Of a stretch of DNA of 64,000 nucleotides, positions 55,967 through 64,000 are shown piece after piece. How positions within the stretch are numbered: position 1 is the stretch's first letter; each line of letters opens with the position of its first letter. This DNA comes from Prevotella sp. (GTDB taxonomy: Bacteria > Bacteroidota > Bacteroidia > Bacteroidales > Bacteroidaceae): positions 9,536 to 73,535 of the forward strand of contig JAFTAR010000198.1 of NCBI GenBank assembly GCA_017455495.1. Direction: 5' to 3'. The translations under genes and the position numbers were made by a program. Under the pieces are notes generated by a model. It made no database searches, had not been told where the DNA came from, and saw only the letters and a list, made by a program, of their open reading frames with translations.

Positions 55967-57898
55967 TCATCTTCCCATGAGAACCAGAAGAACGTTGACA
56001 TCGCTGGGACTTATGCCGGGAATGCGGCTTGCCTGTGCTAATGTTTCAGGATTGATGGCTGTTAGCTTTTGACGGGCCTCGGTAGAAAGCGACTGTATCT
56101 CGTTATAGTTGAAATGGCCCTTAATGCGGATGTTTTCCAGCCGGTGCATCTTTTCAGCCACCAGGTTCTCCCGCTCTATGTAGCCTTTATACTTTATTCT
56201 TATCTCCGCAGCCTCAATAATTTCCTCTTTTCTGTTTTCCGGTTGTTCCAGCATTTTTTGCAGCTCTGGCAGCAATGGCGCAAGAGCCTTTATACTGAGC
56301 TGAGGACGTGAGATAAGTTCAGAGAGTTTTGTGCCAAAGTGGAGTGGGGTAGTGCCAAGACTTTCCAGCTCGCTGTCTATCTGGTTTACCTTTACGGTAT
56401 AGTTTTCGCAGAATCGTTCGATTTCATCAATCCAATTCTTTTTCTCTATCCAGCTGTCATATCTCTCCTTCTTGGCAAGTCCTAATTTGTAGGACTTCTC
56501 CGTCAGTCTTCTGTCGGCATCGTCTTGCCGCAGCAGTATGCGGTATTCTGCCCTGGAGGTAAACATACGGTAAGGTTCGTCCACGCCCTTTGTCACGAGA
56601 TCGTCTATCAGAACACCAATGTACGACTCGTCTCTCTTCATGACGAACGGCTCCTTTCCGTCGCATTTCAGCACGGCGTTTATGCCTGCCACAATGCCCT
56701 GTCCTGCTGCCTCTTCATAGCCGGTGGTGCCGTTCACTTGTCCAGCGAAGAACAGGCCGTCAATAATCTTCGATTCCAACGAATGTTCCAGTTGCGTGGG
56801 GTCGAAGAAGTCATACTCTATGGCATAACCAGGCCGGTACACCTTTATATCTCTGAATGCCGGAATCTTTTTCAGGGCCTCTATCTGCACGTCCATCGGC
56901 AGCGAAGACGAGAAGCCGTTCAGGTACATCTCGTTTGTGTCTGTACCCTCCGGCTCCAAGAACAAAGGATGCTTTACCCTGTCAGGAAATGTAACGAGCT
57001 TTGTTTCTATTGACGGGCAGTAACGCGGCCCAATGGAATGGATTTGTCCATTGTATAGGGGGGAGTCTGCCAGTCCGCCGCGCAGAATCTTGTGTACCTC
57101 GTCGTTTGTCTCTACCGTCCAGCATGGCAGCTGTGGCAGGGCCTTGTTCTTTGCTGTAGCTGAATACATGTACGAGAACAAGTAGGGCCTTTGCTCTCCA
57201 GGCTGTTCCGTCAGCAGACTGAAGTCCACGCTGCGTTTGTCTATTCTTACCGGCGTGCCGGTCTTCATGCGTGCCGTCCTTATGCCGTGCCGGCAGATGC
57301 TTTCTGTCAGCCCCGTCACTGCAGGCTCTGCTATCCGTCCTCCGGCCAGCATGCGGCGGCCTATGTGTAGAAGTCCGTTAAGGAATGTGCCAGCCGTGAT
57401 TATCACGCAGCGAGCCTTGATCTCTGCGCCCCAGATGGTGCGGACACCTGTCACTCTGAGGGTGGGTGATGTGGTTGCTGCGGGTGCCGTCGGTAGGGTA
57501 GGGGTGATGGCCTCTGTAACAAGCTCGCACACCTGATCCTGCCAGATGTCCAATTTATCGGTTTCATCAAGTTTTTTTCTCCACTCCCAGATGAACTTTC
57601 CCCTGTCGCATTGCGCCCTTGGACTCCACACGGCTGGCCCTTTGCCAACGTTGAGCATACGGAACTGGATGCTTGTCGCATCGGTGACGAGGCCGGTCTG
57701 GCCGCCAAGAGCGTCAATCTCTCTTACTATCTGTCCCTTTGCTATGCCGCCGATAGCCGGATTGCACGACATCTGGGCAATCTTGTTCATGTCCATCGTT
57801 ATCAGCAGTGTACGGGCGCCCATGTTTGCTGCTGCGCAGGCTGCCTCACAGCCGGCGTGGCCAGCTCCTACCACCACAATGTCGTAGTTCATTGTCAT
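55967..57898 (-). CDS. mnmG: tRNA uridine-5-carboxymethylaminomethyl(34) synthesis enzyme
   Basis: GAGHAGCEAA, MSCNPAIGG, GPRYCPSIE, AGQVNGTTGYEEAA and YRMFTSRAEYR motifs. Confidence 0.98.
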   Translation of the reverse strand: MTMNYDIVVVGAGHAGCEAACAAANMGARTLLITMDMNKIAQMSCNPAIGGIAKGQIVREIDALGGQTGLVTDATSIQFRMLNVGKGPAVWSPRAQCDRGKFIWEWRKKLDETDKLDIWQDQVCELVTEAITPTLPTAPAATTSPTLRVTGVRTIWGAEIKARCVIITAGTFLNGLLHIGRRMLAGGRIAEPAVTGLTESICRHGIRTARMKTGTPVRIDKRSVDFSLLTEQPGEQRPYLFSYMYSATAKNKALPQLPCWTVETNDEVHKILRGGLADSPLYNGQIHSIGPRYCPSIETKLVTFPDRVKHPLFLEPEGTDTNEMYLNGFSSSLPMDVQIEALKKIPAFRDIKVYRPGYAIEYDFFDPTQLEHSLESKIIDGLFFAGQVNGTTGYEEAAGQGIVAGINAVLKCDGKEPFVMKRDESYIGVLIDDLVTKGVDEPYRMFTSRAEYRILLRQDDADRRLTEKSYKLGLAKKERYDSWIEKKNWIDEIERFCENYTVKVNQIDSELESLGTTPLHFGTKLSELISRPQLSIKALAPLLPELQKMLEQPENRKEEIIEAAEIRIKYKGYIERENLVAEKMHRLENIRIKGHFNYNEIQSLSTEARQKLTAINPETLAQASRIPGISPSDVNVLLVLMGR

Positions 57899-58037
57899 AT
57901 TCTTCCTTGGATTTTTGTCCGCAAAATTACATATTCATTTTCTAATACCCGAGAAAATCGTAAAAAAAATCCATTTTTTCTTGTTTCCTCTCCATATTTT
58001 GCTTACTTTTGTGCCTTTATTGTTGTTATTGACGCTT

Positions 58038-59294
58038 ATGGAGGAGAGAGTCATGTTAAGAAGATTAGCGTATTCGTTTCTGTTTATGCTGATTAGCCTT
58101 TGTTCTATAGCTCAGCAGCGTATGGCAGTTAGTGGTATAGTAACCGACGCCACAACGGGCCATGCTGTGGCAGGAGTCAGCATTAGCGGTGCCGGGCAGA
58201 CCGTTGTCACCAATGCCGACGGCTTATTCCTTCTAAAGTCGGTCGACCAGGAGCTGACAACTATCATCGTGACTCATGTGGGCTATAGCACGGAGCGAAT
58301 CAACGTTGCCGACATCGCTGCGAGCAGCCCTGCACTGGCAGAGGAGCCTTTGATGCGCATAAGGCTTCAACCCGCCACCATCCGGCTAAACGAGGTTCTT
58401 GTGGTGTCCAGCGATGCCCGCAGCCTGGTGAGCGCCGCCATCAGGAAGATTACCGACAACTACAGCCGGCAGCCCGAGCTGTTACATTGCTTCTACCGCG
58501 AGACAGCCATGAAGCGCCAGCGTTATATAATGGTGGCAGAGGGAGTGGTAGACATGTACAAGACGGGCTATGGCAGCGACATGCGCCGTGACAGGGTGGC
58601 CATCCGCAAGGGCAGGCGACTGCTTAGTCCGCGAAGTGGCGACACGCTGAGTGTGAAGGTGACGGGCGGTCCCATTGTGCCGGTGCAATTGGACATAGTG
58701 AAGAACCCCGACATTTTGCTAAGCGAGGAAGAGCTTGACTGCTACGAGCTGAGAATGGAGACACCTACCTATATTGCCGACAGGATGCAGTATGTGGTGA
58801 GCTTGGAGCCGAGGTATGTCATGCCGTATGCCCTTTATCGCGGCAGGCTCTATATAGACCAGGAAACGCTGGCCTTCACCCGCGCAGAGCTTTCCCTTGA
58901 CATGAGCGACCGCGATAAGGCCACTGCGGTGATGCTCGTAAGGAAGCCGGCCGGAGTACGTTTCCGTCCGAAGGAGCTCTCTCTGCTCATAGACTACAGG
59001 CATGAGGACGGCCTGACGCGCATCAGCTATGTGCGCACCATCTTCCGCTTCAACTGCGACTGGCGGCGACGGCTCTTCGCCACCTCGTTCACCGCCACAT
59101 GCGAGATGGCTGTAACAAGCCACCACGGCGGAGACGACGTGCAGCCTATCAGGGGCCGCGAGTCGTTCGACCAGCGCGATGCCTTCTTCGACCAGGTGGA
59201 ATACTTCCGTGATCCGGATTTCTGGCAGGACTATAACATCATTGAGCCTACCGAGTCGCTCGACCGCGCCATCGACCGCCTACTGAGAAGGTAA
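58038..59294 (+). CDS. carboxypeptidase-like regulatory domain protein (secreted)
   Basis: Signal peptide, G.VTDA.TG, TNADG.F.L, HVGY and LNEVLV pattern. Start is 58038 or 58053. Confidence 0.85.
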   Translation: MEERVMLRRLAYSFLFMLISLCSIAQQRMAVSGIVTDATTGHAVAGVSISGAGQTVVTNADGLFLLKSVDQELTTIIVTHVGYSTERINVADIAASSPALAEEPLMRIRLQPATIRLNEVLVVSSDARSLVSAAIRKITDNYSRQPELLHCFYRETAMKRQRYIMVAEGVVDMYKTGYGSDMRRDRVAIRKGRRLLSPRSGDTLSVKVTGGPIVPVQLDIVKNPDILLSEEELDCYELRMETPTYIADRMQYVVSLEPRYVMPYALYRGRLYIDQETLAFTRAELSLDMSDRDKATAVMLVRKPAGVRFRPKELSLLIDYRHEDGLTRISYVRTIFRFNCDWRRRLFATSFTATCEMAVTSHHGGDDVQPIRGRESFDQRDAFFDQVEYFRDPDFWQDYNIIEPTESLDRAIDRLLRR

Positions 59295-59399
59295 AAAGAC
59301 TTTACCTTTTACGAAAAAAACGTAAAAGCTGTTGCGTTTCGCTCACTAATTAGTACCTTTGCAGCCAATTTGTGTAAGTTTCTAATTAAAAAGTAGTAC

Positions 59400-60920
59400 A
59401 TGAGCCTTACAGGATTAGCGCGCCATCTGTTCGCCCCCCGCTGGCGGGAGCTGGAGCGCCATAACACAGAAGCAGAGACCCTGCAGCGGCAGGTGTTGTC
59501 GCGCTTGGTGAGCCGTGCCCGCGATACGGAGTATGGCCGCTACCATCATTTTGCCGACCTCAACACCTACGAGGACTTTACCTCCAACGTGCCTATCAAC
59601 AGCTACGAGGAGCTGAAGGGCGACATAGACCGCATGCGCCACGGCGAGAAGGACGTGCTATGGCCGGGCCGCGTGAAGTGGTACGCCAAGTCCAGCGGAA
59701 CCACCAACGACAAGTCGAAGTTCATACCCGTGTCAAAGGAGGGTCTTAAGCGCCTCCACTATAAGGGCGGCACCGACGTGGTGGCCCTCTACCTGAGGAA
59801 CAACCCGCAGAGCCGTATGTTCGACGGCAAGGGCCTCATCCTGGGCGGAAGCCACCAGCCCAACTATAACGTGGAGGGCAGCCTCGTGGGCGACCTCAGC
59901 GCCATACTGATAGAAAACATCAACCCGCTGGTGAACTTGGTTCGCGTGCCGTCGAAACAGACTGCCCTGCTCAGCGACTTCGAGATAAAGCGCGACCGCA
60001 TTGCCCGCGAGGCAATGACGAAGAATGTCACCAACCTCTCGGGAGTTCCCTCCTGGATGCTCTCAGTACTCAACCGCGTCATGGAGCTTTCCGGAAAGAC
60101 ACACTTGGAAGAGGTGTGGCCAAACCTGGAGGTCTTTTTCCACGGAGGCGTGGCCTTCACTCCCTACCGCCAGCAGTATGAGGAGCTAATTACCAGTCCC
60201 AGAATGCATTACATGGAAACCTACAACGCCAGCGAAGGCTTCTTCGGCATTCAGGACGACCCCAACGACAAGTCCATGCTCCTCATGCTCGACTACGACT
60301 GCTTCTACGAGTTCGTGCCCATGGAGCAGACCTCCTCGCAGGGAGGGGTCGGGGGTGGGTCGGCAACCGTTCCCCTCTGGGGCGTGGAGAAAGGCAAGAA
60401 CTACGCCATGATAATCAGCACGTCGTGCGGCCTGTGGCGCTACATGATAGGCGACACCATACAGTTCACCTCCACAAATCCCTATAAGTTCATCATCTCG
60501 GGCCGCACGAAGAGCTTCATCAACGCCTTTGGCGAGGAGCTGATAGTGGACAATGCCGAGCAGGGGCTGGCCTACGCCTGCCAGCAGACCGGCGCCCAGG
60601 TGCTGGAATACACCGCAGCACCTGTCTTCATGGATGCCAAGGCCAAGTGCCGCCACCAGTGGCTCATAGAGTTCTCCACCCCTCCCGACGACATGCAGCA
60701 GTTTGCCCGCCTGCTTGACGCCCGCCTTCAGGAGGTGAACAGCGACTACGAGGCCAAGCGCTACAAGGACATCACCCTGCAGCACTTGGAGATAATACCA
60801 GCGCGCAAGGGCCTCTTCACCGACTGGCTCAAGAGCAAGGGAAAGCTTGGCGGCCAGCACAAGGTGCCCCGCCTGAGCAACAGCCGCGAGCACATTGAGG
60901 AGCTGTTGGCAATGAATTAA
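59400..60920 (+). CDS. GH3 auxin-responsive promoter family acyl-adenylate ligase
   Basis: KSSGTT..KSKFIP, YNASEGFF, RY.IGD and GQHKVPRL motifs. Confidence 0.93.
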   Translation: MSLTGLARHLFAPRWRELERHNTEAETLQRQVLSRLVSRARDTEYGRYHHFADLNTYEDFTSNVPINSYEELKGDIDRMRHGEKDVLWPGRVKWYAKSSGTTNDKSKFIPVSKEGLKRLHYKGGTDVVALYLRNNPQSRMFDGKGLILGGSHQPNYNVEGSLVGDLSAILIENINPLVNLVRVPSKQTALLSDFEIKRDRIAREAMTKNVTNLSGVPSWMLSVLNRVMELSGKTHLEEVWPNLEVFFHGGVAFTPYRQQYEELITSPRMHYMETYNASEGFFGIQDDPNDKSMLLMLDYDCFYEFVPMEQTSSQGGVGGGSATVPLWGVEKGKNYAMIISTSCGLWRYMIGDTIQFTSTNPYKFIISGRTKSFINAFGEELIVDNAEQGLAYACQQTGAQVLEYTAAPVFMDAKAKCRHQWLIEFSTPPDDMQQFARLLDARLQEVNSDYEAKRYKDITLQHLEIIPARKGLFTDWLKSKGKLGGQHKVPRLSNSREHIEELLAMN

Positions 60921-61032
60921 AAGCCTACCCAAGCCCTCCAAAGGGAGGGATGTCAGATAGAAAAATGAAGAAACACCAGACAAATAAAGTAACCAAACAT
61001 CCCTCCCTTTGGGAGGGCTTGGGAGGGCTTTT
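60921..61032. repeat. inverted pair of REP-like palindromes
   Basis: AAGCCTACCCAAGCCCTCCAAAGGGAGGGATGT ... ACATCCCTCCCTTTGGGAGGGCTTGGGAGGGCTT. Confidence 0.85.
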
Positions 61033-62968
61033 TGTTTGCCTTTTATTTTTTTCCTCCTGCGCCCGCATGGGCAACCCCGACGGCGGCTGGTACGACGACA
61101 CGCCGCCAAGGGTGGTAAGCTCCTCGCCGGTACAGTACGGGGTGAACACCAGGGCACAGAAGATTGTCATCAACTTCAACGAGTACATAAAGCTGGAGGA
61201 CCCGCAGAACAAGGTCATCATATCGCCCCCGCAGATAGAGCAGCCTGAGATAAAGGCCGCCGGAAAGCGCATCATCGTGGAACTCAGCGACTCGCTGAAG
61301 CCTGCCACGACCTATACCATAGACTTCAGCGACGCCATCAGCGACAACAACGAGGGCAACCCCATGGGACAGTACACCTTCACCTTCAGCACAGGCGAAC
61401 AGATAGACACCCTTGAGGTCTCGGGCTACGTGCTCAACGCGCAGGACCTGGAGCCCATGAAGGGCGTGCTGGTGGGCCTCTACGATAACTTCAGCGATAC
61501 CATTATCCGCAGCCAGCCCATGATGCGCATATCGCGCACCAACGGCAGCGGACACTTCACCATCAAGGGCGTGGCGCCGGGCAGCTACCGCGTCTTTGCC
61601 CTCCAGGATGCCGACGGCGACTACCTGTTCAACCAGAAGAGCGAGTTCGTGGCCTTCAACCATGACAGCATTGTGCCGTCGTGGAAGCCCGACACGCGGC
61701 AGGACACCATCTGGCGCGACTCCCTGCATATTGACAATATTGTTCGCGTGCCCTACACCCACTTCCTGCCCGACGACATAACGCTGCTCTGCTTCCAGGA
61801 GCCTCAGACCGACCGCTTCCTGCTGAAGACCGAGCGACTGATGCCAGAGAAGCTCAGCTTCTACTTCACCTACGGCTCCGACTCGCTGCCGTCCATAGAG
61901 GGCCTTACCTTCAACGCCGACAGCGCCTTCGTCATAGAGGCCAGCCAGCACCTTGACACCCTGCACTACTGGCTGCGCGACACCACGCTGGTAAACCAGG
62001 ACACCCTCACCATGGCCGTCACCTTCTTGGCTACCGACACTCTCGGACAGCTTGTAAGCCAGACGGATACCATCAACTTCCTGCCAAAGGTGGCCTACGA
62101 GAAGCGCCAGAAGGAACGGCAGAAAGAGATAGAGCGATGGCAGAAGGAGCAGGACAAGAAGAAGCGGCGCGGACAGCCCTACGACAGCATCATGCCGCCG
62201 GTGTTCCTACAGCCAAGGGTGATTATTAGCGGCAATATAGCTCCCGACCAGTCTGTTGGCATAGAAGTGCCTCAGCCCCTTGTCCGCTGCGACACCAGTG
62301 CCATCCACCTGTATGTCAAGATTGATACCCTTTGGTACACGGCACCTTACACCATCAGCCAGCCTGCTTTAAGAAACTACACCATCAGGGCCGACTGGCA
62401 AGAGGGGGCGGAGTACAGCCTGGAGCTTGACTCGGCTGCAATGGAGAATATCTACGGACTGGTGAACAACACCATGAAGCAAGGCATAAAGGTAAGCACC
62501 TCCAACGAGTTCAGCACCCTCGTGGTTACCGTGAGCGGAGCGCCTATAAGCAGCAGCGACACGGCAGCCGTCGTAGTGGTGCAGATGCTCGACGGCTCTG
62601 GAAAGCTTGTGCGCGAGGCCAAGGCCAACGCCAGGGGCGAGGCAGAGTTCCTGTATGTGAAGCCGGCAAAGTACTATCTGGCGGCCTACATTGACAGAAA
62701 TGGCAACGGCCAGTGGGACACGGGCATCTACGACGAGGACCTGCAGCCCGAGCCGGTGTTCTACTTCAACGAGGAGGTGGAGTGCAAGGCGCAGTGGGAC
62801 GTCACACGGCAGTGGAACCTCACCGCCACGCCGCTCTTCCGCCAGAAGCCAGCCGCCATTACCAAGCAGAAGCCCGACCAGGCAAAGCAGCTGCGAAACC
62901 GCAACGTGGAGCGGGCACGCCAGAAGGGCATACAGTACATTCAGCAGAACACGGGCGTGAGGCTTTAG
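60950..62968 (+). CDS. Ig-like (Big_5) domain lipoprotein
   Basis: Lipobox FSS-C, CARMGNPDGG.YD.TPP, I.FNEY and TYTIDF..AI.DNNEGN motifs. Confidence 0.85.
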   Translation: MSDRKMKKHQTNKVTKHPSLWEGLGGLFVCLLFFSSCARMGNPDGGWYDDTPPRVVSSSPVQYGVNTRAQKIVINFNEYIKLEDPQNKVIISPPQIEQPEIKAAGKRIIVELSDSLKPATTYTIDFSDAISDNNEGNPMGQYTFTFSTGEQIDTLEVSGYVLNAQDLEPMKGVLVGLYDNFSDTIIRSQPMMRISRTNGSGHFTIKGVAPGSYRVFALQDADGDYLFNQKSEFVAFNHDSIVPSWKPDTRQDTIWRDSLHIDNIVRVPYTHFLPDDITLLCFQEPQTDRFLLKTERLMPEKLSFYFTYGSDSLPSIEGLTFNADSAFVIEASQHLDTLHYWLRDTTLVNQDTLTMAVTFLATDTLGQLVSQTDTINFLPKVAYEKRQKERQKEIERWQKEQDKKKRRGQPYDSIMPPVFLQPRVIISGNIAPDQSVGIEVPQPLVRCDTSAIHLYVKIDTLWYTAPYTISQPALRNYTIRADWQEGAEYSLELDSAAMENIYGLVNNTMKQGIKVSTSNEFSTLVVTVSGAPISSSDTAAVVVVQMLDGSGKLVREAKANARGEAEFLYVKPAKYYLAAYIDRNGNGQWDTGIYDEDLQPEPVFYFNEEVECKAQWDVTRQWNLTATPLFRQKPAAITKQKPDQAKQLRNRNVERARQKGIQYIQQNTGVRL

Positions 62969-63033
62969 GGAGTTAAGACTTTAGAGTTAAGAATTAAGAG
63001 TTGTCGGCTTTGCCGAGTAAGAATTAAGAGTTA
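62969..63033 (+). repeat. heptamer repeats (TTAAGAR) flanking a CGGCTTTGCCG hairpin
   Basis: gagttaagaattaagagtt-gtcggctttgccgagt-aagaattaagagtt. Confidence 0.75.
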
Positions 63034-63034
63034 T

Positions 63035-63904
63035 ATGAAACAAACACATTCCTACACAACGGGCAAATCCTCCAGATGGGTTGTCGTGGCAGCAGCATTG
63101 CTGCTTTCTTCGCTGTTCTTTATATCTACGCCAGCCTGCCGGGCTCAGTCGCAGTGTGGAATTAACAACACGGCGTTCAAGTCGGGCGAGTTCCTGGCCT
63201 ACGACCTCTACTTCAACTGGCAGTTCGTGTGGGTAAAGGTGGGCGCCGCATCCATGTCAACCGTCATGTCCACATACAACGGGCAGCCGGCCTACCGCAC
63301 CAGCCTTATCACGAAGGGCAACGATCGCCTTGAAAGCGTCTTCACCATGCGCGACACGCTGACCAGCTACTGCAGCTTTGCCAACCTCTCTCCGCTCTAC
63401 TACCGCAAGGGAGCCTTGGAGGGCACCCGCTACTACGTTGACGAGCTGTGGTACTCCTATCCCAACAACTTCACCAAGGTGAGGATGCACCGCATAAACC
63501 ATCATGGCGAGCACTTCTGGCAGGAACAGGAGTATCAGGAGTGCATATACGACATGATGAGTATCTTCCTCCGCGCACGCAACTTCGATGCCTCTACCAT
63601 GAGCCGTGGCGACGTTATTCCCATGCCCATCACCGATGCCAAGCACCGCAGCGACTCCTGGCTGGTTTACCAAGGCAAGGAGACATACAAGATAGACGGT
63701 TCGCGCGAGAAATTCCGCTGTCTGGTCTTCTCATTCATGGAACGCGAGGACGGCCGCACCACCGAGCTGATAAAATTCTACGTCACCGACGACCTCAACC
63801 ACATGCCCGTGCGCCTTGACATGAACCTCTCGTTCGGCTCGGCCAAGGCATACCTGCGGGCCTATCGCGGCGTGAAGAACCCGCTTGACTCGAAGGTGAG
63901 GTAG
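63035..63904 (+). CDS. DUF3108-like secreted protein
   Basis: Signal peptide, N.AF..GE.L.Y.LYFNW..VW.K.G.A and VTDD.NH.PV motifs. Confidence 0.8.
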   Translation: MKQTHSYTTGKSSRWVVVAAALLLSSLFFISTPACRAQSQCGINNTAFKSGEFLAYDLYFNWQFVWVKVGAASMSTVMSTYNGQPAYRTSLITKGNDRLESVFTMRDTLTSYCSFANLSPLYYRKGALEGTRYYVDELWYSYPNNFTKVRMHRINHHGEHFWQEQEYQECIYDMMSIFLRARNFDASTMSRGDVIPMPITDAKHRSDSWLVYQGKETYKIDGSREKFRCLVFSFMEREDGRTTELIKFYVTDDLNHMPVRLDMNLSFGSAKAYLRAYRGVKNPLDSKVR

Positions 63905-64000
63905 ATTTGAAGTTTGAGATTTGAGGTTTGAGATTTGGGCGAAGTAACATCACCGATATTGGAGCTGCAGAAGCAGAGGGCGCTCCTGCAGATAGAGTAT

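Overview
The window is a 64-kb chromosomal segment of a Bacteroidota genome, most like Prevotellaceae. The assignment rests on TAnnTTTG -7 promoters, the gene order purH-mreBCD-mrdA and mnmG-apt-uvrC-dtd-mazG-deoC, and Prevotella-type C-terminal sorting tails. It looks origin-proximal: a DnaA-box cluster lies between mrdA and nadA (about 15.2-15.55 kb) and two parS palindromes flank apt. Housekeeping blocks surround three accessory regions. (i) 4.2-7.05 kb holds a collapsed PIN toxin-antitoxin remnant and a cassette of promoter, long structured leader, secreted protein, small acidic peptide and GNRA hairpins. (ii) 16.6-26.6 kb holds two SNF2 ATPases, an XPB-N-like partner and an Rpn-like gene. 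(iii) 26.6-46.6 kb is a minus-strand cell-surface locus of about 20 kb: TPR-AraC sensor, Ig-like protein, beta-barrel, 2619-aa giant protein, FN3 protein and two lipoproteins. Three in-frame premature stops and one frameshift interrupt genes in regions ii-iii. Several REP/MITE-like repeat families are present, some inserted in frame inside proteins. I saw no rRNA, tRNA, CRISPR array, integrase or transposase. All family assignments come from motif recognition by eye; no searches were run.
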